This document shows, one piece after another, positions 1 to 10,413 of a DNA stretch of 64,000 nucleotides. Within the stretch, counting starts at the first letter, position 1. Each line of letters starts with the position of its first letter. The notes beneath the pieces were generated by a model that was given only the letters and a program-made list of their open reading frames with translations, searched no databases and was not told where the DNA came from. The stretch is taken from positions 64,604,001-64,668,000 of the forward strand of contig OX597825.1 in NCBI GenBank assembly GCA_951406725.2, given 5' to 3'. The position numbers were made by a program, and so were the translations under genes. Source of the stretch: Octopus vulgaris. Lineage: Eukaryota.

Positions 1-784
1 CGCAATGAATGTTACATATTTGCAATCAGAGTAACCGTGAACATCCCCGCCGTTGCTTCTGTCCTCCTTTGGTCCCTAGGTCTGCGGCAAAAATTCGTAC
101 CCAATGACCTGATAAGCAAAATGCAGATTAAGAAGTATAACAATGGACATAGGGGTATAAAGATCAAACAAGCACGATATTTGCACAAGAATTATTTTTA
201 ATCTACCCAGAAATTGGATGATAAACACTCAGAATAATCAACATTTATCGAAATCCTTTAACTTTTGCATAACCTCCAAGAGTAAAGAATTCTTGCTGTT
301 TTCGGTAAGGTGCCTTTGAGTAGCAATATTATCGATCAGTTACTTCCTCTGCAGACGAAATCCACGGAACAATTTCCTCTCATTCAATCGGTTCTCTATA
401 AAGATTTTTTTGTATCATGAATCATCTTTCCTTTCAAATTGTTTTTAAGTCAGTTTAGAATTCACGAATGTATGGATTATGTTTATATCGTAACTTCATT
501 AGAAAACTTGTACATTTCGATATCAAGAGAGAAAGGCAACCAAGCAAGAACGGAAATGAGAAGAAACGATAGATAAAAAAAACAAATTCACAAGTCATAG
601 CCTAAGGTAAGAGAAGATCCAGTAAAGTTTTGACTGGAAATGCTAGAAGTTTTAAACTAGGCAAATCACAAAAAAATCCGTGATACTAAGGCTTCTGAAG
701 ATAGGATGATGTTTTGATCTTATACATTTTAACATGATTAAATTTATCTTTGCAAATAATTATAAATATTCCTTCAGGTAAACG

Positions 785-983
785 TAGTGAACTGGCAGAA
801 TCGTTAGCACGCTGAGTCAAATGCTTAGCGGCATTTCGACCGTCTTTATGTTCAGAGTTCAAATTTCACCAAGGTCCATTTTTGCTTTTCATCCTTTCGG
901 AAAGTAATACCAGTTGAACACTGGGACCGATGTAACCCGAACACTTACCCAAACTTACTGTCCTTGTGTCAGAATTTGAAACC
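785..983 (+). mobile_element. SINE family B, diverged
   Basis: ctggcagaatcgttagcacg...gagttcaaat...ttttcatcctttcgg. Confidence 0.85.
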
Positions 984-1219
984 AACATGTATTCCTTTTT
1001 TCGTAGATTCTACAATTTAACGAACTTAATTTTTACCAAAGGCTATATATTTCTCTCCACCAGCCAAAAGAAAAATGCACCAGAGGGCAACTGCTTGGTT
1101 ACTCTCTCTCACTCTTTCAATATATAAACTGAATACAGTATATAACTATGAGCTAGTAATAGTTTCATGCATGAAGGTATTATCTAAGCAGGTTTTAAAA
1201 TACGCCTAGTGCCCTCAAG

Positions 1220-1265
<46 letters not shown>

Positions 1266-1289
1266 ATATATATATATATATATATAATA

Positions 1290-1619
1290 TATATTAAATT
1301 AGAGATAAAACCACTATTAGGCAAATCATACAAAGAAAAACTTAAGCCAATACATAAGATTAATTAATTTATATTATTTTAAATATATATCAAAATTATT
1401 AAAAAAAGATAATTAGTATAATTTTTTAAATAATGTTGATATATATTTAAAATAATATAAATTAATTAATCTTATGTATTGGCTTAAGTTTTTCTTTGTA
1501 TGATTTGCCTAATAGTGGTTTTATCTCTAATTTAATATAATATAATATTTTACTATAAAATTGGATTCAATCCTAAATCTGATTTTTCCCTGTAAGTTTG
1601 GATTTATTCCCTAATATTT

Positions 1620-1622
<3 letters not shown>
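1290..1622. mobile_element. (TA)n-embedded foldback module, PLE pseudo-LTR-like
   Basis: Arms 1290-1400 and 1429-1539 are reverse complements (111 bp, 1 mismatch), followed by an unpaired ~80 nt extension; (TA)n on both sides. Confidence 0.7.
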
Positions 1623-1673
<51 letters not shown>

Positions 1674-1678
<5 letters not shown>

Positions 1679-1903
1679 GTCTGGGGAGAGTCATTTTCTT
1701 TTTGTGCTTTATAATTTAACACACTCACCGGTAAAATTTCCACTTATTTTTATTTTCCTAAAACTTTTGATGCGTCTTGCAACTTTTTCGATAATCTTGA
1801 CCCTTGAGACTCTTGAGAATCTTGACTCTCCCCAGGCACAACAGAATATGCCTCAAGTCACGAACTCACATAAAGAATCTTGCAAACCAAATCCAAATAT
1901 GAA

Positions 1904-1905
<2 letters not shown>
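1674..1905. mobile_element. (TA)n-embedded module with short inverted repeat and 3' extension
   Basis: tgttgtgtctggggagagtca (1674) versus tgactctccccaggcacaaca (1823-1843); (TA)n flanks. Confidence 0.6.
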
Positions 1906-1966
<61 letters not shown>

Positions 1967-2029
1967 TGTATGTATATATGTATGTATGTCTGTATGTATG
2001 CGATGACTGTGTGTGTGCGTGTTTCGATA

Positions 2030-2860
2030 ATACGTGTTTTGTTAAATCAATTCACACCGTTAAATTTATTACGATTTTCGGATCTTTTGCACAGCTGCTC
2101 GGTCTCATCTCAATTAAATTGCTTATCTTTCTCACTAATCACTACGCAGTCGCCGACTGCAGTTCTTCACCGCAGACTTATTGTCTGTCTTTGAAAAGGT
2201 TCTTAACATTTTGAAATAGTTCAGCATCTCAAGAATCAGATGATGATAGCTTGGTCAAATTTTGCTTATATTCACGAATGCCACAGACATCTTGGCTGTA
2301 AAAACAAGTGCTCTGTTGCCAAGAAACCGGATAATACACCATACAGCATTTTGTTTGCATAGGATCTCGTCTCTTCGAAACAAATTAATATAGTCCCCTA
2401 TGCGTGTCTGCGTGGTATATAATGGATTATAATCACATCATTAGTCGTACAAAATTGTCTAGATAATCATTCCTCGTCAGATTTGAACCTGGATTGTGCT
2501 TTCGCTGTGAGGTCAGGTCTTTATGATTGATCAAAATTTCATCTTGTGTTATTCATTGCCGTTTAAATAGATGCTGGGTGACGTGTATGAGAACGAAATT
2601 TTCTTTAACGCATCACCTCACACTGTCCTTTGATTTCAGAGTCAGCGTCCTCTGAACGCAAACGGTACATACCTTTGACAAACTCAGATGAATTCATCTA
2701 TTAACAGTTTCTAAACTATCTCTTATCTCAGTATAACTAGCATAATTTCCTTTATAAGACCTCGTTCAGTAGTAATGAGGTTTACTCTCAGGTTGAATAC
2801 ACTGGACGTTCTGGCCGCGGCTCGAAATTCCAGGAAACTTTTTCCCAATGGCATAGCAGC
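2030..2860 (-). pseudogene. Possible highly decayed Gypsy-like RT/RNase H remnant
   Basis: Frame-broken fragments in the expected order: PVYST, LIDEF, SPSI..AMNN, DEILI, KFDQA, GVN*FNK. Weak pattern recognition only. Confidence 0.3.
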
Positions 2861-3037
2861 ACCTGTTATTTGATTGCTGGACATGGTCAGTCATTCTGCT
2901 ACAGACACACACGCACACACACACTCACATGCAGACACAAAGATAGATAAATACATAGATAGATAGATATCGAAATGTTAAGAATACGTTAAATGGATTT
3001 TCACTTTGAATCTCTGCGAAAACTAGCGTTGCCAATG

Positions 3038-3397
3038 TGTTTCGCTCATTTGACTGCGGTCATGCTGGAGCACTACCTTTAGTCAAACAAACTGATCCCC
3101 GGACTAACTCTTTGTAAGGTAAGTACTTATTTAGTCGGCCTCTTTTGCCGAACTGCTAGATTACGGGGACGTAATCACACCAACGTCAAGCGATGGAGGT
3201 GGACAAACACACACACACACGCGCACACTAATATTACACGACGGGCTTCTTTCAGTTTCCCCCCTACCAAATCCACTCACAAATCTTTGTTCAGCTCGAG
3301 ACTATACTATAAGACAATTGCCCAAGGTTCGATGCAGTGAACTGAACCCGGAACCATGTGGTTGGGAAGCAAGCTTCTTACCAGGCAGCTACGCCTG
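3038..3397 (-). mobile_element. SINE family A
   Basis: Head ...ggttccgggttca..., central accttgggcaag-like block, internal microsatellite, tail gctccagcatgaccgcagtcaaatga. Confidence 0.9.
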
Positions 3398-3399
3398 TA

Positions 3400-3451
<52 letters not shown>

Positions 3452-3453
<2 letters not shown>

Positions 3454-3555
3454 ATGTATATAGAATTTTCTCTGATTTCTCAGATTTTTGGATGCTGGAC
3501 TACTGGTTTTAAATTGATATTAAAATTAATATTAATTTATCTCCCTCATTATTTA

Positions 3556-3558
<3 letters not shown>
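3452..3558 (+). mobile_element. (TA)n-embedded 3'-end fragment related to 5535-5643
   Basis: atgctggactactggttttaaattgatat shared with atgctagaccactggttttaaattgatat at 5571-5599; same CCCT..ATTATT end. Confidence 0.6.
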
Positions 3559-3642
<84 letters not shown>

Positions 3643-4140
3643 AATAGGTGTAAACTTGCCGAGTCACTTCAAAGCGCCCGCTAACCAGAGTGATGGATAC
3701 ATGCATTTCGGAGTGCTTATCTCTTCTCAGTATCTTACTCATGGGTTCGTATATGCCTCCTGCATATTTGAACTGGTAACAAGTTTGTATTATAGACATC
3801 ACTGCTCAACACTTATTCTTCGTATCTTGTTTACGGGCGATCGGCCAATTAGAGCAACCAGTCACAGTAAGGTAATGGGAGTATAATAAAAGAAATCTAT
3901 CTCTTGCCAGTTCGTAGCATTTCTCTTTTAGGTATATGATGCTGAGGAGGTGGTAAACACTGTCAAACGCTTGCCTCCATCAGTCTGTTTAGGAGACACT
4001 TCGAACTGACTCAGCGTATTTACACCAATTTTTCTATAGCAGGAAATTTTCTCCATAAAATATTCAGTAATCGGCTCTCTTACAGGTTCGAATATGGTTC
4101 TAGTATATTTGAACTGGTAACAGGTTTGTATCTATAACAG

Positions 4141-4379
4141 TATATATTTATTTACTGCCCACAAGGGGCTAAACATAGAGGGAACAAACAAGGACAGACA
4201 AAGGGATTAAAGTCGATTACATCGACCCCAGTGCGTAACTGGTACTTTATTTATCGACCCCGAAAGGATGAAAGGCAAAGTCGACCTCGGCGGAATTTGA
4301 ACTCAGAACGTAACGGCAGACGAAATACGGCTACGCATTTCGCCCGGCGTGCTAACGTTTCTGCCAGCTCACCGCCTTG
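4141..4379 (-). mobile_element. SINE family B, full length, possible TSD tataacag
   Basis: Head aaggcggtgagctggcagaa, gagttcaaattc B box, gcctttcatcctttcggggtcgataaa domain; tataacag at 4133-4140 and 4380-4387. Confidence 0.92.
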
Positions 4380-4995
4380 TATAACAGAAACATGATCTGA
4401 CTTAAACACTGGCGTAATCGATGCCTTCATCAATATTAAAGCATCACCATCTTTTTGGAAGGTTGTATCCATCAGATTCACGTAGTACCAATTTCTTGCC
4501 GGGCTTTGATACCGCATTATCTAATTGAAGTTTTAATATAATTATCGTGTGTTCAACCAATCAGCTGGAACCTTTCTCGTTTTTGTATTAATTAAACAGG
4601 AAATTTAAGTGCAACCTGATGAGTCATTGCATCAAGTTCTCCTTAACTTCTTCAATGAGATGGATGCTTCTCAACTGAGATTTAAGTTTTAGATTTGAGC
4701 GCTACACTTAAGCCATATTTAGCATCAATACTTGGGTATTAGATCCTTTAAGTGGATAATTTCGAATAAATTTCGGATCTAAGGCTAACATTTGCTTCAT
4801 ATCTCCTCTTACTCTTTTCTGCCCAAATTTCGGAAACTCATTAAGAAGTCATGATATTATTTCTTTTTGAATATAATATAAAATAACTTTCCAAGCTGTC
4901 ATTGTCTATTTCTAACATCAAAAACATAATTTCCAGTTCCAACGGACAATATCAATGTATATTACTTAAGCAATATATATATATATATATACACA

Positions 4996-5635
4996 TATAA
5001 AAGGGATGACCTGAATTGGATATCCATTATGGTAGAAGAAAATCCCCTATGGTCTTACCGCTAAGAATGGAATGTTCTCAAGGAAATTTAGCAAACGCCA
5101 GAACATAAGCGAGCAAGACAAATGAAAAGGTACAAAATATAGATTAATCACAAACCAGGTTTCGTTGTTGATGCTTACGTAGTCATTTACGTAATTATCC
5201 GCAACTCGTCAGTGTGATCGTCTTTGCAAATATAATTTTCAGAACTATACACGAGACGTCCGCATGAGATTGAAAATGTATACAGTTCTGCATATAACAA
5301 ATGGGGTCACTTTTCAAAAGTTTTCGTTTTGGCGCGCCAAACTAACGGAAATATTTCTGCAGAAAAGAATACTCTGCTGTGAATTTTGCTGGTTAGGGAA
5401 CATAGCTATTTAAATATACAATTTTGCTAAATTTTCTTGAGAACATTCCTTTCTTAGTGATAAGACCATAGCGGATCTTCTTCTAGCATAATGGATGTCC
5501 ACTTATATAAAAAGGACATCCTTTTTATATGTATATAATATAACATTTTGTGAAACTTCAAATTTTATATATGCTAGACCACTGGTTTTAAATTGATATG
5601 AATCAAATTAATATTCAATTTTTCACCCTTATTAT

Positions 5636-5643
<8 letters not shown>
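4996..5643. mobile_element. (TA)n-embedded PLE-like insertion with inverted arms and a hammerhead motif
   Basis: Imperfect inverted arms ~4996-5095 and ~5422-5530, 3' extension to 5643, hammerhead on the minus strand at 5147-5218. Confidence 0.75.
5147..5218 (-). ncRNA. Type-I hammerhead ribozyme motif with minimal stem III
   Basis: Minus strand: ATCACA-CTGACGA-GTTG...CAAC-GAAA-CC-T-GG-TT-TGTGAT. Stem I 6 bp perfect, core boxes intact, stem II 4 bp with an apical TTACGTA/TACGTAA helix. Confidence 0.8.
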
Positions 5644-5682
<39 letters not shown>

Positions 5683-8061
5683 TCAGCCTGTTGAATTGAC
5701 ACGGCAAGTAGTCTTGCAATATACAATTTTTATCATGTTTATTTCAATTGATAATTAAATTGTATGTCAGCTTGAAAAAGGGGTCAGTAACATATTTTTG
5801 TAATGGCATACCTCGATGTTTTTCTTTTAATATTTGTCCTCGGCCACCGTATCGCATTTTACCAAAATGAAATTTTCCTACGTACCCTCACCCAAATATA
5901 GTGAGCATGATTCGAGGAGGAAATAAGGATAGGCTGCCTTAGTTAATTCATAGAGACTGTTGTAGACAGAAGTAGCAGCCAAGAAACCTTTCGACTATAG
6001 TCGCATGAGAGATAAAAGCAAGATCGCTCTTCAACTTCTTATTTAAGACCATTTTTTCTTTCAGTTTTGAAGCTAATAGCTACTAATATTGGCATGAATA
6101 TCAAAATGTCCCCCGCCCCCAATATCCTGTTTCTGCTGGAATTCTCTGCTCAGTGAGCGCATATTAGATATCGATTATCTGTTTTTAGAGAGACAGTTCT
6201 TCAGACATGGCAGACACTAGAAGACATCTTATAGAAACTATGACCTTTGTGACATTTATATAGATATATTGTTTGGTTGCAAGACAGTGGTAAATTGGTA
6301 GAAGTGATACCGTATTGGACTTAAATACCTTATTGTATTTATTTGTTTTTAGTGAAAATTTTAACTTGTTATATTCCTCATATACAGGTAAGTTGAACTT
6401 GGATGTAATTGAACTTAGATCTAAAATCAATTTGGATGTAATTGCTGTTTCGTCGACAGGTTGCGTGACACCTAATCATTAAATAATATGAGGAGAATAA
6501 ACAAAGCTGATATGTTTAGGACATAGTTATATCCAGAGTATACCGTGATGCTAGGTATTTTGATTATCAAAGTAACGGTAAAAAATGTAAAGTGTTATCT
6601 CATCAGTGGGTGACTTTCAATCGTATCACATAACTAGTCAATTAGGAGATAAGCAAGGAATGCAGGATATAAAAACGAAAAGTGTTTAGGGAAGAAAACG
6701 GGAAAAAAGCAGAGGTTTTGCACGATTTGGAGCTATCGTCAGAGACAGTCGTGGTTTAACAACCAGCCGATTTACATTCCCAATCACATATTCTACTAAA
6801 CGAACCAATCACTTATGACAGCATGTATAATGCTTACAGTCAAGCAGTTCTTTCTGTATGCACTGCGATTTAAACCACAGATTTTTCTGCATAAATTAGA
6901 GTTAATGCCATCACTTGTTTTCACACATAACACACTTTTCAGTACAAACATTTCTATACATGTTTTCATCGCAGTATCGCGAACACATTTTTCAGGTCGC
7001 TGAAATTACGCATTACCTAGATGAGAAGAGAGAGTCAAATGTCTACATACTCCATCAACACTTGTAGAAAACTGCTTTCACTGCTATTCCAGAACAATTA
7101 ACTGTATTCTAGGTAAATTTCAATCATTCGTTTTCTTTCTTCTGACGTGACAGAAGACATTTTTTTTTTATTATTTTCTCCATAAATTGTTGCTATTAAG
7201 GTTAGTCTCAATCAATCACTATGATTGAGACATACGTAGCGTTCAATATTATTCTAAGGAATATAATTTATTTCTCTTTAACAGGGTTAATTTAATTCTC
7301 TCCAGGCCTCTTTACGTTACAGGAGCTGAAATCACGCATAATTTGGTTTTGTCGTTCATCTTTTCCGAGGCTGTTAAATAATTGCTCGTCAATTACTGTG
7401 GTTAATATAACTGACGATATCCCAACTCTAATATTTGAGGATTTGTGTCGATGATAGAAAAATGATAGATGATAGAAAATTGTAACCTCATAGGTTACAA
7501 TTTTAAAAACAAAAGCACTTTTATCAGAAAGTCTTAAGCTTCACAAGTTTTTCCTTGCTTTAATGGATATAATAACTATTTCCATGTATATATTATTGAA
7601 AAGAGCAGTCCTGTACAAATTAGTTACAATCGATCTTAAGTACCTTAATTAACTTTGATAAATTTCCTATGATAGAAATCTGGTTGACAGTAACTGAACA
7701 GAAGGCTGATTTATAATGTGTGTGTGTGTGTGTATGTATGTATACTCCGTGTGTGTATCATGCATTTTATTTATGACCAGCCCGTCTTTTACTTACGTTT
7801 TGACTCAGAACCACGTTGAAAGCCATGTTCATATTTAGGGCGGAATGATTTGATTTGTGTGCGAATGTTTTGTGTCTTTTTTTCCTTTTGCTTTTTCTCC
7901 TTGAAAGAACGATCACGTAGGGGCTCACTAGATATATTAGAGCATGTGTAGACTGGGAAAACAAGCAGGTTGCGTCGAGTTAATTCCCTTTAAGTCATTT
8001 GATATACATATATATACACATGTATATCGACACACACGCACACACACACACACACACACGC

Positions 8062-8109
<48 letters not shown>

Positions 8110-8112
<3 letters not shown>

Positions 8113-8566
8113 ATTATAATTAAGGTTCAGGTAAATTCTTCACCACATACCGAAATTAGAAATAGGAGTTAAAAATTCCTTTCCTGCTCCTATAAGAATC
8201 TCCATGACGGTAAACATAGTTTTTTACGAAGGCAAAGAGAAAATCAATGAATCAACACGACCAGGATTAAGCATATACGCGTTTCGGGATTAAAGTGATT
8301 TAAATTTTACTTCTCTCTTCAGTATAATGTTTCCAATTTTTATAAAATTTGTAAGTGCTACAGCCGAGTAGGCGCACAATAAAACGTCATCATGTAACAG
8401 ATATCCAACCAACACTTCAAAAATTTCCAGAGCCGAATGTGAATACACTTTTCAAACTCTATACCCTCGTGTATGCTACAAGCAATACCGCAGAAAACTG
8501 CAGTATTCCATCATGGAGTAAATTGTAATTTTAAATTAATAATAGAAGGGTAAAATTTATTAATTT

Positions 8567-8573
<7 letters not shown>
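8110..8573. mobile_element. (TA)n-embedded PLE-like insertion with a hammerhead motif
   Basis: (TA)n on both sides; hammerhead at 8272-8326; 17-bp inverted repeat 8526-8542/8557-8573 at the right end. Confidence 0.7.
8272..8326 (-). ncRNA. Type-I minimal hammerhead ribozyme motif
   Basis: Minus strand: TATA-CTGAAGA-GAGA...TCCC-GAAA-CGCG-TA-TATG. Palindromic ACGCGT stem III; one mismatch in stem II. Confidence 0.7.
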
Positions 8574-8605
<32 letters not shown>

Positions 8606-8610
<5 letters not shown>

Positions 8611-8826
8611 AATAGTAAAAACTGAAAAAACTACAGAAGGCTTGTTTTAAAAGGTTAAAGAATATATATTTAAGTCAATATGTCTGAAGAATATTATAAA
8701 TTTTTTTCTTACAATGACATAATTTAGAAGAAAGACCGGTTTCGCATTTAGCCTTCTGTAGTTTTTTCACTTTTTACTATTTTCTAAATATTCAACCACG
8801 TACTTTCACAAACCAACTTTCTTATC

Positions 8827-8828
<2 letters not shown>
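8606..8828. mobile_element. (TA)n-embedded foldback module with a half hammerhead
   Basis: ~37-bp inverted arms 8606-8642 and 8750-8786; minus-strand CGAAACCGGTC at 8734-8744 truncated near the inversion junction; ~40 nt extension. Confidence 0.65.
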
Positions 8829-8876
<48 letters not shown>

Positions 8877-9790
8877 AGTGTATGTGTGTGTGTGTGTGCG
8901 TGTGTGTGTGTGGGAATTTTGCTATTGAATTAAAAGAAGCCCATAAAATAATTACCCGACAGATTGTATGTCATTCTTTATTGATTACAATAAATTTTAT
9001 TTTCTTCACATGGCTGTTAGTCTGCAAGCAATATGATATTAGTTTTGTCATTTATTGCTGTCATAATCTTCAGTAGGTTATCTATGATAAAAGTTAAGGC
9101 AGCATTCTTTCTCTGTTTAAATATTGATGCTCATATATCCTATATAACACTTTTGGAATAACACTAACCTCTCTGCAGATCTCAGTCTAATTTTTTTAAA
9201 AAACGCTAAACAAAGATCTTCATTAATTTTATTTTTATGTTGAGGTTTCTCCACGTTTAATTCTAGCAACAGCTGTTTGCTCCTAGTATTGGAGGTTTTC
9301 CGTCTTTTTCCGTCAATCTACGTCAATTTTCTGCGTTATAGTCTGTATAGTCAACTGGCTTTGTTTAGCCTGTAAACTCTGTATAAACATCATTATTTAC
9401 GTCTACAGCTCAATCATAAAAACAAAGATCAGAACCCAGGATAAATATGACAATCGAACAGAAACCAAAGATAATATATATATATATATATATCTGGAAT
9501 ATATGCCATTAAAATACGAGAAATACGATGAAAACAAAAGGATTGAGAGAACTGGAAACTCATCACAAAACTGTCAAACATACTTACATGAAGATTCACT
9601 AATATTGAAACCAGTAAAAGAGGAACGAAATGCTATGAAACGTTCGTTGTTGTTATATGGAACTGAAATATAAACATCAACAATATCAGATTTCATGCCC
9701 CTACGATGTGGGCATGTAGAACACTTTTGAGATTGTCATCGAGATAAAAGAAGCACATAACGAGGGGCTAAATGTGTAAAATACTCATTA

Positions 9791-10194
9791 CTCTCTCTTT
9801 TACTCTTTTACTTGTTTCAGTCATTTGACTGCGGCCATGCTGGAGCACCGCCTTTAGTCGAACAAATCGACCCCAGGACTTATTCTTTGGAAGCTTAGTA
9901 CTTATTCTATCGGTCTCATTTGCCGAACCACTAAGTTACGGTGACGTAAACACACCACCATCGGTTGTCAAGCGATGGTGGGAGGGGGGGACAAACGCAG
10001 ATACAAAAACATACATATATATACATATATACGACGGGCTTCTTTCAGTTTCCGTCTACCAAATCCACTCACAAAGCTTTGGTCGGCCCGAGGCTATAGT
10101 TGAATACACTTGCCCAAGATGCCATGCAGTGGGAATGAACCCGGAACCATGTGGTTGGTAAGCACGCTACTTACCACACAGCCACTCCTGCGCC
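9791..10194 (-). mobile_element. SINE family A, full length
   Basis: Reverse complement aligns end to end with 41972-42400; (GTAAAAGA)n tail. Confidence 0.92.
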
Positions 10195-10214
10195 GATGGT
10201 AAGAAAATTTTGAT

Positions 10215-10413
10215 TTCAAATTTTGGCGCAAGGCCAGTAATTTCGTGGGAGGAGTGAGTCGATTACATCGACTCCAGTACTCAACTGGTACTTGTACCGA
10301 CTCCGAAAGAATGAAAGGCAAAGTAGATTTTGGCAGAATTTTAATGCTGGCAGTAAAGACGGACGAAATGCCGCTAAGCTTTTTCTCCGGCGTGATAATG
10401 ATTCTACCAGCTC
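10215..10413 (-). mobile_element. SINE family B
   Basis: Same central domain, alternative tail. Confidence 0.85.

Noticed and set aside
4617-4640. CTGATGAGTC hammerhead-like start
   Set aside because: No closing stem II strand or GAAA box.
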